Part shown: positions 52,240 to 60,928 of the stretch, one piece after another
Layout of the letters: the number at the start of each line of letters is the position of its first letter
How positions within the stretch are numbered: position 1 is the stretch's first letter
Translations under genes and position numbers: made by a program
Assembly: GCA_963678775.2 (NCBI GenBank)
Contig: CAXXGR010000004.1
Location: forward strand, 136,747 to 200,746
DNA: 64,000 nt
Direction: 5' to 3'
DNA from: Candidatus Kapaibacterium sp.
GTDB lineage: Bacteria > Bacteroidota > Ignavibacteria > Kapaibacteriales > UBA2268
Notes under the pieces: model-generated
What the model was told of the DNA's origin: nothing
Seen by the model: the letters and a program-made list of their open reading frames with translations, nothing else
Database searches by the model: none

Positions 52240-52284
52240 AAAAAAAGTGGGCAGTAAAAACAATTACCTGCCCACATTTTTTTT
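52240..52284. terminator. Hairpin formed with the left direct repeat; likely the original mltG terminator
   Basis: AAAAAAAGTGGGCAGTAA pairs with TTACCTGCCCACATTTTTTTT. Confidence 0.6.
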
Positions 52285-52376
52285 AAATATTCGTATATTT
52301 TTAGAGTGTCCGGCCAAATCTTCCGAGAAGTTATGCTTACCACTTCCGTCTCCTAATGCCACCATATAATACCATT
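52264..52376. repeat. 113-bp direct repeat, left copy (duplicate of the mltG 3' end)
   Basis: Identical by eye to 54579-54691; begins exactly at the mltG stop codon (TTA). Confidence 0.95.
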
Positions 52377-52436
52377 GAGAGTATAATGCACATTTCATTC
52401 CTAAAACCGGCTATTAACTTATTAACAGTCAAATAT

Positions 52437-52468
52437 GCTAACTATAGTATGTAGATTTAGATAAGATA
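52437..52468 (+). promoter_or_regulatory. Putative C-box of the controller protein
   Basis: ACTATAGTATGTAGATTTAGAT resembles the GACT-TAT-AGTC-GT-GACT architecture of C.AhdI/C.Esp1396I operators; lies upstream of the AGGAGG RBS. Confidence 0.4.
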
Positions 52469-52495
52469 TTCAGCTATATTTATTAGGAGGAAATT

Positions 52496-52729
52496 ATGGG
52501 AACAGATATGCTAAAGTCATTCGGATCCGAAATAAGAAATTTACGGATGTCAAAGAATCTATCGCAAGAAAGATTAGCAGAAATAGCTGGTGTGCATAGA
52601 ACTTATATAGGCATGATAGAAAGAGGAGAAAAGAATATTTCACTTGCAAATATTGCAAAAATAGCGAAAAGTTTAAATATACATATTTATGAAATATTTC
52701 AGAGAATAGAATGCCAGGAAATGAACTAG
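52496..52729 (+). CDS. R-M controller (C) protein, XRE HTH
   Basis: LSQERLAEIAGVHRTYIGMIERGEKNISLANIAKIAKSL. Confidence 0.85.
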   Translation: MGTDMLKSFGSEIRNLRMSKNLSQERLAEIAGVHRTYIGMIERGEKNISLANIAKIAKSLNIHIYEIFQRIECQEMN

Positions 52730-53475
52730 AGATAGTAAAATTTTTACTTTCAAGAAAAGGCAAAATTGTATTACCCCATGTTGGTAAAGTTGACAAAATC
52801 TCTACACCCATCAAAAATAATTTGATTAGTGAAATAATCTACCCTGAAGATATTTCTTTAGTTACATCAGATAATTCATCAAAAAAAGCAGATATTTTAC
52901 TTAATGACATTGGTATCTCACTCAAACAAACAGGTGCTAGTTTTGCTTTTAATAGAATTCAAAGGGAGAGTGTAGTTTCATTGTTCAAGTTATTGAAGAT
53001 TAAATCCCCAAGAAAAATATTAGATAAACTTGATCTGGAAGTTGATAATTTTCATAACGGTATCAATAGCTCTAGGTCTAGACCATGGAGAAATATTTTT
53101 ACTTTACAAGATTTTACTATAATTTTGCAATATTTGATGATGAAAGGAAGTCCTAACTTGAGAGAATCTTCCTTTCCTGCACAATATATTATAGAAGGAA
53201 AACCTAAATTAAATGTAAATAGTGATTTAAAACTATTTACATTTGAAGAATATTTAGAAACTTATCAAGACAACTTATTTGTTGCTATCCGAAGATGTTG
53301 GTATGGACAATCTAGTAAATCAGAACATAATAGGGCAATGTCATTGATGAAGAAAAGTGGGAATACTAAGTGGATTTACGATAACGTCAGTGGAACTCCT
53401 AAAGGTGAATGGAGAGATAATATTGCTGAATCAGACAGGAAAACAGTGTACTATATTTCTATAGAGAAGAAATGA
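52711..53475 (+). CDS. Putative type II restriction endonuclease (PD-(D/E)xK-like)
   Basis: Lies between and overlaps the C and M genes; [14 protein letters not shown] resembles a nuclease catalytic motif. Confidence 0.6.
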   Translation: MPGNELEIVKFLLSRKGKIVLPHVGKVDKISTPIKNNLISEIIYPEDISLVTSDNSSKKADILLNDIGISLKQTGASFAFNRIQRESVVSLFKLLKIKSPRKILDKLDLEVDNFHNGINSSRSRPWRNIFTLQDFTIILQYLMMKGSPNLRESSFPAQYIIEGKPKLNVNSDLKLFTFEEYLETYQDNLFVAIRRCWYGQSSKSEHNRAMSLMKKSGNTKWIYDNVSGTPKGEWRDNIAESDRKTVYYISIEKK

Positions 53476-54563
53476 AAAATAATAATTATAAAATCGCATC
53501 TTTCTTTTCTGGAGCTGGCGGATTAGATTTGGGATTTAGTTTGGCTGGTTTTGATATTTCTTGGGCAAATGAATATGACAAAACAATATGGGATACTTTT
53601 GAATATAATCATAGACATACTTTTTTAGACAGAAGAAGTATTACTGATATTAAATCAGAAGAAATTCCTGAAGTTGATGGAATAATTGGTGGTCCTCCTT
53701 GTCAAAGTTGGAGTGAAGCAGGTGCTTTAAGAGGTATAAATGATAAGAGAGGAGAATTATTTTACGATTTTATACGAATTATTTCAGAAAAACAACCTCG
53801 ATTTTTTTTGGCAGAAAATGTTTCAGGTATGTTATTGCCTTCGAATAAAACTGCTTTGGAAAACATAAAGAAGTTATTTATTGCTAGTGGTTATAAACTT
53901 TACTTTAAATTACTAAATGCATCTGACTATGGAATTCCACAAGACAGAAAAAGAGTTTTTTTTATAGGTTTTAGATCTGATTTGGATATAAATTTCAATT
54001 TTCCGATTCCAACATTTAAGAATAAAACCTTTTTAAAAGATGCAATTTTTGATTTAAAAGAATGCGCTATACCTGCTGCTGAAAAAAATAAGGCAAATAC
54101 TAAATGTATCGTTCCAAATCATGAATATATGACTGGTGGATTTTCGTCCATATTTATGTCTAGAAATAGAGTTCGTTCATGGGATGAACCATCTTTTACT
54201 ATTCAGGCAGGAGGAAGACATGCACCATTACATCCACAAGCTCCAAAAATGCCTTTAGTAAAAGAAAATGTTCGCATCTTTGTGAAAGGCAAAGAAAATC
54301 TATATAGAAGATTAACTGTTAGAGAATGTGCAAGAATACAAACTTTTCCTGATGATTTTATATTTCTTTATGATAATATCGCCAATGGTTATAAGATGGT
54401 GGGAAATGCCGTACCTGTTAATTTAGCTTATATTTTAGCAAAAGAAATTATAGCTCATTTGCACAGTACAAATACTAAACATAGTATTCCTCCAAAATGG
54501 GAAGAAGTTAAACAACTAATTAATCAGAATCATTCAGAACCAGTACCTTTAACCTTGTTTTAA
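53472..54563 (+). CDS. C5-cytosine DNA methyltransferase, HaeIII/NgoPII-like (predicted GGCC)
   Basis: [39 protein letters not shown]; [34 protein letters not shown] recalls M.HaeIII. Confidence 0.9.
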   Translation: MKNNNYKIASFFSGAGGLDLGFSLAGFDISWANEYDKTIWDTFEYNHRHTFLDRRSITDIKSEEIPEVDGIIGGPPCQSWSEAGALRGINDKRGELFYDFIRIISEKQPRFFLAENVSGMLLPSNKTALENIKKLFIASGYKLYFKLLNASDYGIPQDRKRVFFIGFRSDLDINFNFPIPTFKNKTFLKDAIFDLKECAIPAAEKNKANTKCIVPNHEYMTGGFSSIFMSRNRVRSWDEPSFTIQAGGRHAPLHPQAPKMPLVKENVRIFVKGKENLYRRLTVRECARIQTFPDDFIFLYDNIANGYKMVGNAVPVNLAYILAKEIIAHLHSTNTKHSIPPKWEEVKQLINQNHSEPVPLTLF

Positions 54564-54578
54564 ATACAGCAGAAAAAT

Positions 54579-54691
54579 TTACCTGCCCACATTTTTTTTA
54601 AATATTCGTATATTTTTAGAGTGTCCGGCCAAATCTTCCGAGAAGTTATGCTTACCACTTCCGTCTCCTAATGCCACCATATAATACCATT
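54579..54691. repeat. 113-bp direct repeat, right copy (current mltG 3' end)
   Basis: Identical by eye to 52264-52376. Confidence 0.95.
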
Positions 54692-55604
54692 TATGTTTTT
54701 CCGGATTCAAAACTGCTTCCAATGACTTTCTACCGGGGTTATTGATTGGCCCCGGTGGCAATCCGCCATATTTATAAGTGTTATATGGATTGTCAATTTC
54801 TAAATCTTTATATAAAACTCTTCTTTTTTCGCCAATAGCATACTGGACCGTTGGATCTGCCTGCAGTAACCAACCATGCTCCAAGCGGTTTAAATATAAA
54901 CCGGCAACTCTTGCTCTTTCAGATTCTACAGGAGTTTCTGCTTCTACAATAGAGGCTAAGGTATGCACTTCATGAACTGGTAGATTCAAATCTTTAGCTT
55001 TTGTTAAGTTTTCCGATGTCCAAAACTTTTTAAATTCGCTTAAAAGCTTTGCTACTATGTCAGCTTCTTTGTCATCCATAAAAAAAGTATAAGTGTTAGG
55101 CATCAAGTATCCGAGAGCACTTTCTTGATTGATACCATAGCTTTCCAGTACACCTTTATCTTTACATATATTTACAAACTTAGAAGAATCAAGATTCATT
55201 TCCTGACTAATCTCAGATGCATACTTATTGATTCCAAATCCTTCGGGAAAGGTTACGGTTGCAGTGTAAAGATTATCACCTGTAAATATGGATTCTATTA
55301 GCTCTTGGTTGCTAGTGCCTTTGTCAAACTTATAATAGCCTGCCTGTAGGCTATTTTTTTTCTTGCCTGACAGATATCTAACATACAAATCAAAAAACCA
55401 TTCAGGCTTAAGCGTTCCCTGTTCCTGAAGCAAATCTACTGCTTTATAGACAGATGTCCCATAAGGAATGCGCAAAACAACATCATTATCTGCCGCAGGC
55501 TTTGCTAAGGTATCTTTTAACCATAGATAAGAGCCTGAAGCAGAAAACAAAACAAGCAAAGTTATAGAAATGAATACGATTTTTAAGAACCTCATTTCTA
55601 CCAT
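54579..55604 (-). CDS. mltG: Endolytic transglycosylase MltG (YceG)
   Basis: VTFPEG, LASIVEAET, LQADPTVQY, YNTYKYGGLPPGPINNPG. Confidence 0.93.
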   Translation of the reverse strand: MVEMRFLKIVFISITLLVLFSASGSYLWLKDTLAKPAADNDVVLRIPYGTSVYKAVDLLQEQGTLKPEWFFDLYVRYLSGKKKNSLQAGYYKFDKGTSNQELIESIFTGDNLYTATVTFPEGFGINKYASEISQEMNLDSSKFVNICKDKGVLESYGINQESALGYLMPNTYTFFMDDKEADIVAKLLSEFKKFWTSENLTKAKDLNLPVHEVHTLASIVEAETPVESERARVAGLYLNRLEHGWLLQADPTVQYAIGEKRRVLYKDLEIDNPYNTYKYGGLPPGPINNPGRKSLEAVLNPEKHKWYYMVALGDGSGKHNFSEDLAGHSKNIRIFKKNVGR

Positions 55605-56137
55605 TTATCCCAGTGAATTTTTTCTTTTACGAATTTATCTTTTGGTAATTCATTGCCAAAAGGTATGCCCACTGGTATTACACTTAGAGGAAGTATCCCT
55701 TTAGGAAGAGCTAGAATATCTTTGACAGTGTTTACTCTGTCACTAGCAGGATAAACAGCGGTCCAAACTGCTCCGTACCCTAAGGCTTCTGCTGCCAATA
55801 ATATATTTAGTGTAGCTGCAGAGCAATCCTGCACCCATAAGCTTCCTTCCGGTTCGTTGAAGGCTTCACCGGGCTTGCCGCAAACGACTATGCCTGCAGC
55901 TGCATCTTTTAACATCTTAGCATAAGGCAATCTTTCGCTTAGGAAATCCTTGATATATTTATCAGTAACAATTATAAATTCCCAAGGCTGATGGTTGTTT
56001 GCAGAAGGGGCTGCCATGCCGGCTCTTACCATTTCTTCCAAGTGATCTTGTGGAATAGCTTCATGTTTAAATTCTCTTATGCTTTTTCTAGTATGTATAG
56101 TGTGAAGTGCGGTATTTTTATCGTACTTTTTAAGCAT
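55598..56137 (-). CDS. Nitroreductase family protein
   Basis: RKSIREF, APSANNHQPWEF, QDCSAATLNILLAAEALGYGAVW. Confidence 0.9.
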   Translation of the reverse strand: MLKKYDKNTALHTIHTRKSIREFKHEAIPQDHLEEMVRAGMAAPSANNHQPWEFIIVTDKYIKDFLSERLPYAKMLKDAAAGIVVCGKPGEAFNEPEGSLWVQDCSAATLNILLAAEALGYGAVWTAVYPASDRVNTVKDILALPKGILPLSVIPVGIPFGNELPKDKFVKEKIHWDKW

Positions 56138-56287
56138 TTTTCCAATCCCTCTATGTACAAGTTGCATTTTAACAAATATACGTCCAAAAAAAATATTATT
56201 TCAATACAATATTACTTTTCTTCAAACTTCTACATTGCTAAACAGCAATATAGTATTTTAAATTTCTATTTTTAAGGAGACTCAGCA

Positions 56288-56698
56288 ATGGGCATGAAGA
56301 TAACTTTCCCGGGAAACAAGAAGGTAAATGCGGAATTTAACGGATGGGTAGTAGCAACTGATCAACCTGTAAATGGTGGTGGCGATGGAACAGCTCCTGC
56401 TCCTTTTGAATTATTTTTAGCATCATTAGGCACTTGTGCAGGCATATATGTAGCAGGTTTTTGCCAATCGCGTGGCATAGACATGGAAGGGATAGAAATT
56501 GATCAGGACTTGAAATGGGACCCTGTCAAACAAAAAATTGGTAAAATTGAACTGAACATAAAAGTACCGAAAGATTTCCCTGAAAAATACTACGACGCAC
56601 TTGTTAAATCTGCTTCTATGTGTGCAGTTAAAAAAACAATTCAAGATCCGCCGGAGTTTGAAATCAAAACAGTAGTTAATGACGCAGTAAACGCATAA
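56288..56698 (+). CDS. OsmC-family protein
   Basis: DQP..GGDGTAPAPFELFLASLGTC ... CAVKK; AGGAG RBS. Confidence 0.88.
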   Translation: MGMKITFPGNKKVNAEFNGWVVATDQPVNGGGDGTAPAPFELFLASLGTCAGIYVAGFCQSRGIDMEGIEIDQDLKWDPVKQKIGKIELNIKVPKDFPEKYYDALVKSASMCAVKKTIQDPPEFEIKTVVNDAVNA

Positions 56699-56725
56699 AT
56701 AAAATTTTCACTATGACAAAGCACG

Positions 56726-56765
56726 AAAAGGGGACCTGATTTATAATTGGGTTCCCTTTTTTTTT
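56726..56765 (+). terminator. Terminator of the osmC-like gene; intron target site 1
   Basis: AAAAGGGGACCTGAT...ATTGGGTTCCCTTTTTTTTT. Confidence 0.85.
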
Positions 56766-56985
56766 GTTCGCCCAGCTTGTGTATCAACTATAGGGAGTAA
56801 GTCCCGAACGGCATAGATAGTAGGAATCGTTAGCTTAAGACAAAGTGTGATATATGGAATAGACCAATGAATTGCTGTACTAACGGTAACCAGATGTTTA
56901 GTGAACCCGCCCAGTACACCCTAAGCTGTACGTACTGAAGTATGAGAGGTCGGAGCATGAAATAATCATGCTCCTCCTACTCGAT
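56766..56985 (+). mobile_element. ORF-less group IIC intron remnant 1 (220 nt)
   Basis: 5' GTTCGCCCAGC..AGTCCC..GTAGGAATCGTTAGC (IIC domain I start); 3' AACCCGCCCAGTACACC..GTACGTAC..TGAGAGGTCGGAGCATGA..TCATGCTCCTCCTACTCGAT (DV/DVI); starts directly after the terminator T run. Confidence 0.8.
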
Positions 56986-57101
56986 TATTTTATACTGCAA
57001 TAATTGTGATAAATAATTTTTTTAATATTATAAAGTATACTATATTGAACATATATATATAATTTAGCCAGCTTATTTGAAAAAGTACAGAGGAACACAC
57101 T

Positions 57102-59468
57102 ATGAAATTTATATTTTTAATTTTTATTATATCATTGTATTCACTTAACCTTCTATCCCAAACCTCATCCATAATTCCGAATCATGGGCAATGGCAGGAG
57201 GAAGTTAAATTTATGGCTCAGTCAGGCAATCAAACTATTTGGGGGACAGATAAAGGTCTTGTTTATAAGATTTTTAAAGATAGCCAAGATAGTGTGGGCA
57301 CTTATGTGACTTGCAATTATGTAGGTGCAAATTCTTTTGATATAAGTTACCGGGAAACAGATACTTATTATAATTATATGCTTGGCAATGATCCTGCTAA
57401 ATGGAGAAAAAAAGTGCCGCTTTGCACTGCTGCCGAAGCCAATAATGTGTTTGAAAATGTTGATATTAAATACTTCTTTCAAAATAATAACTTAAGATAT
57501 GACTTTTATCTGCATAAAAATGCTAAGCCTGAAACCATCAAGTTAAGATTTTCCGGCCATGAAAAATTATATGTCGACAAAAAAGGTGAGTTAGTAATAC
57601 AAACAAAATCCGGCGATATTAAACATGGCAACTTAAAATCATATAAAAGTGATGAGATTTTAGCATCTAATCATATTAAAAGTTCATTTGAAGTCTTGGA
57701 TAATAGCACAGTTTCATTTCAGGTGGCTGAAACGGAAGATCCTAATATGATTATAGATCCGGTAGTTTTTGGAACATATTACGGAACATGGGTTGGGGAC
57801 TTTTCATGGGACACTAAGATAATGGATGATGGAAGAGTTTTCGTTGTTGGTGAGACTGGTCACAATTCATTACCTTTAACAGAAGGAGCAATAGATACTA
57901 CTTATGGAGATAAATTACAATTCTCTCAAGGCTTTATATCAGTATTTGACATTAACAGTAAAAAACTTTTATATGCTACATTGTGGGGAACTAGAGATGG
58001 GAATGATGTAAAGTTAATTGATGTAGATAAAGAGGGTAACGTTTATGTTATTTGTAAAGATGACCCAGCTACATTTTATAAAACTGACGATGCTTTTATT
58101 AAAGAATCCGAACATACAACCTATCTGATGCAGGGATGCCTAACAGTTTTTAATCCTGAGATTAGTGAAGTAATATATTCTTCCCCTTTAGGCTCACATA
58201 ATGAATTAACTACTATTATTGATATGGAAGTAGTAGATGGTATAATATATTTTATTGGTGCACACAGAAGAGAAACAGAGGATTATATAATACATGCCAG
58301 CCAGAATGCCTATAAAACCGAATATATTGAAGGAGATATGGCAAATGCAATCGTAGGAGCTTTTGACTATAAAACATCTTCTTTTAAATATCTGACTTAT
58401 CTTGGAACTAATACTGTTTATAATTTATCTATGGCAGTAACAGAAGAAAAAGATATTTGTGTCTTAGGTATTTACCAAGACTATGGAATACAAGGAACAG
58501 AAGGTTCATTCTCTAATATTCAATCTGAAGAAGGAACATTTGTAGCAAAATTTGACAGCAGCCTTCAGCATGCAAAATATATATCTATTTTGCATGACAG
58601 AGGTTATTGGAATGGCAATACTTTTAATATTGAAGCCTACCCTAACGGTGATTTGGTAATTGTTACTTCGTCCTTGCCACCCATTTTTGAGAAAGATGCT
58701 TATACTTATTATTTTAAAGATAAAACTGGTTGGTGCCCGGAAGGTCTCGGACTTTCAATAATGAGATTAAGTAATGATGGGAGTCAAATTGTATCTTCAG
58801 CATTTATTGAAATGGACATATATCTTGGTACAGAAGACATTGTAGTTGATTTGGATAAAGATGAGAATATTTACGTATACTCACAGGTAACAAATGACTC
58901 CATGCCTGTTACCAAAGGTTATTTCTGTAATGAAATAATAGGAAATAATCATAGAGAAACCGGATATTTTCAAGTATTTAATCCAAATTTAGATTCTTTG
59001 TTGTATGCTACTTATCTGTGTGCAGATTGGGATGTTTTTGTGAAGGATATTGATATTGATTCAGCAGGTAATGTTGCTTTATTATCATTAGTAGGTCCCG
59101 GTGATTTATTACCCGTAACAGAAGGCGAATTCCAACAGCATTTCGGGGATTTGGATGTATATTTACTTGTAATCAAGCCTGACATAGGCACCGGAGTAGA
59201 AGAAGATGTAATCTTCGACAGCTTTCCCAAAGCTTACCCGAATCCTATCGCAAACGGCACACTCAGCATTGACTTAGATCAAGCTGAAGAAATAACAAAC
59301 GTACAAATGTTTAACTATATGGGCGAGCTTGTAGCAAGTTTCCCTGAACTAGAAAATACTTACACAAAAAATCTACAGCTCCAAATAGGCAACTATCCAG
59401 CAGGCGCTTATGTAATCCGTATCAGTTGCAAAGAAAAAGTTATTTCGAAGAATATTATAGTAGAGTAG
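57102..59468 (+). CDS. T9SS-secreted SBBP-repeat beta-propeller protein
   Basis: Signal peptide; PNHGQW, YNYMLGNDPAKW, IIDPVVFGTYYG; repeated D..GNVYV / LLYATYL; YPNP...AGAYVIRI CTD. Confidence 0.8.
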   Translation: MKFIFLIFIISLYSLNLLSQTSSIIPNHGQWQEEVKFMAQSGNQTIWGTDKGLVYKIFKDSQDSVGTYVTCNYVGANSFDISYRETDTYYNYMLGNDPAKWRKKVPLCTAAEANNVFENVDIKYFFQNNNLRYDFYLHKNAKPETIKLRFSGHEKLYVDKKGELVIQTKSGDIKHGNLKSYKSDEILASNHIKSSFEVLDNSTVSFQVAETEDPNMIIDPVVFGTYYGTWVGDFSWDTKIMDDGRVFVVGETGHNSLPLTEGAIDTTYGDKLQFSQGFISVFDINSKKLLYATLWGTRDGNDVKLIDVDKEGNVYVICKDDPATFYKTDDAFIKESEHTTYLMQGCLTVFNPEISEVIYSSPLGSHNELTTIIDMEVVDGIIYFIGAHRRETEDYIIHASQNAYKTEYIEGDMANAIVGAFDYKTSSFKYLTYLGTNTVYNLSMAVTEEKDICVLGIYQDYGIQGTEGSFSNIQSEEGTFVAKFDSSLQHAKYISILHDRGYWNGNTFNIEAYPNGDLVIVTSSLPPIFEKDAYTYYFKDKTGWCPEGLGLSIMRLSNDGSQIVSSAFIEMDIYLGTEDIVVDLDKDENIYVYSQVTNDSMPVTKGYFCNEIIGNNHRETGYFQVFNPNLDSLLYATYLCADWDVFVKDIDIDSAGNVALLSLVGPGDLLPVTEGEFQQHFGDLDVYLLVIKPDIGTGVEEDVIFDSFPKAYPNPIANGTLSIDLDQAEEITNVQMFNYMGELVASFPELENTYTKNLQLQIGNYPAGAYVIRISCKEKVISKNIIVE

Positions 59469-59477
59469 AAAATGTAT

Positions 59478-59513
59478 AAAAAGCAGAGGCAATCAACTTA
59501 CCTCTGCTTTTTT
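59478..59513. terminator. Terminator of the SBBP gene; intron target site 2
   Basis: AAAAAGCAGAGG...CCTCTGCTTTTTT. Confidence 0.85.
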
Positions 59514-59516
59514 ATA

Positions 59517-59597
59517 GTTCGCCCAGTATACCCCAAGCGGTACGTACTGAGGTATGAGAGGTCGGAGCATGAAATAATCATGCTCCTCCTACTCGAT
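59517..59597 (+). mobile_element. Minimal group IIC intron remnant 2 (81 nt; 5' end fused to DV/DVI)
   Basis: GTTCGCCCAG followed directly by TATACCCCAAGCGGTACGTAC...CCTACTCGAT; 59520-59612 matches 56908-57000 at 89/93. Confidence 0.8.
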
Positions 59598-59625
59598 TAT
59601 TTTATACTGCAAAACAAGATAAATA

Positions 59626-60855
59626 TTATTCTGCAGATTTTACTTCACCAAAAGTAGTAGTTTCTTTAGCTACTAATTTATGCTCTGCTTGACGACCTTG
59701 GAATTCACCTTCGTAGCCACCTTTATATGTTTCAACTACTTTCTTAGTTTTGTCATAGCTCACGATTTTATTTTCATTATAAGAGTAAGCTTTTGCACCA
59801 TAGCAGTAGTGCTCTGCAACTTTAGCATTTTCAGTAAATAAGAATTTCTGTTTGCCTGTCACAAAGTCAACTTCTTGGAAGTTAAATTTTTGACCATCAT
59901 GGAATCTGTCAAATTCTTTAGTTTCAGGATTATATCTATTTTCTTCGATTGAAGCAAGTTTACCATTCGCATCATAGCTGTAGCTGTGCTTCATGTTTTT
60001 CTCAGTAAGTGTTTCCATTGCAGGATCGCTGTATCCAATAACTCCAATAACCCTTCCTTGATCATCTTTTTCGATTTTGTACCACTCTTCAGTTGCATGG
60101 TGTTCGCAATCTGCTTCGCCAGCCAACATGTGAGTAGGTATGCCTTCTTCGTTGAAGTCAGTTTTACTTACCCAATACAGATCTCCAATTTTAAATTCTT
60201 TTTCCGGCTTTTGTTCTGCTTCTTCCATTCTTTGTTGATCATCTTTAGTGAAATAAGCTTTCACAACATCAACGAAAAATGCTGCATCCTGTGGGCCTTC
60301 ATGTCTGTATTCTACAGCAGGGAAGTATTTATAACTACTAACCATAACTACGTTATCGCCGTCTGCATTTTTAAATTCAGGATCATTACTGAATTTTTTA
60401 TATTCTTCGGAAATAAGATATCCTTGCTCGAAGTTATATTTCAAGTGGTATGATTTATTTTCAGGAGCCATTTCTCCATCATAAACAGTTTTTTCCAAAA
60501 GGAAATAGCTATGTGGGCAGTATTTTGTTTCTACTGTTTCAGTGATAGTTTCCAACTCTTCAGTTAATTCTTTGACAGGCATTCCGTCCTTGTCGAACTC
60601 TCTTTTGACTACTTTATTGATAGAGCCGTCTTCAGCTTTGTATTCAGCTTTAGTCCAAAAGAAATCATTAGGGCTAGCATAAGTATACTCAATGATTTCC
60701 ATTTCTGTTCCGTCTTCTTTGTAAGTTTCTACTGTTTTAGTAATAGGACGGATGTAAGTTTGCACTTCTAAATCTGGTGTCTCAGCGTCTTTATTTCCAC
60801 AAGCTGAAATAAAGAGTACGGCTGCAAATAGTGCAAGTGATAACAACTTTTGCAT
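59626..60855 (-). CDS. Hypothetical lipoprotein, beta-strand-rich with YD-like repeats
   Basis: Lipobox ISA-C; FDKDGMP, DDQGRV, YSYDANGKL. Confidence 0.7.
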   Translation of the reverse strand: MQKLLSLALFAAVLFISACGNKDAETPDLEVQTYIRPITKTVETYKEDGTEMEIIEYTYASPNDFFWTKAEYKAEDGSINKVVKREFDKDGMPVKELTEELETITETVETKYCPHSYFLLEKTVYDGEMAPENKSYHLKYNFEQGYLISEEYKKFSNDPEFKNADGDNVVMVSSYKYFPAVEYRHEGPQDAAFFVDVVKAYFTKDDQQRMEEAEQKPEKEFKIGDLYWVSKTDFNEEGIPTHMLAGEADCEHHATEEWYKIEKDDQGRVIGVIGYSDPAMETLTEKNMKHSYSYDANGKLASIEENRYNPETKEFDRFHDGQKFNFQEVDFVTGKQKFLFTENAKVAEHYCYGAKAYSYNENKIVSYDKTKKVVETYKGGYEGEFQGRQAEHKLVAKETTTFGEVKSAE

Positions 60856-60928
60856 AATATCCCCTTTTTTGAAAAGTATTATTGATAATATTGAAATTTA
60901 CACATTAGAATTATAAGAAACAAAGAAT

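Noticed and set aside
52264-54691. Prophage/ICE attL-attR interpretation of the 113-bp repeats
   Set aside because: No integrase, phage or conjugation genes lie between them; a reduced remnant cannot be fully excluded.
56908-59612. 93-bp repeat pair as a CRISPR array or DGR template/variable repeat
   Set aside because: Only two non-coding copies 2.6 kb apart; mismatches (C/T, T/C, T/G, A/G) are not adenine-specific; no RT or cas gene; the sequence matches intron DV/DVI.
59472-59657. 61-aa ORF after the SBBP gene
   Set aside because: Spans a terminator and the intron remnant; spurious.
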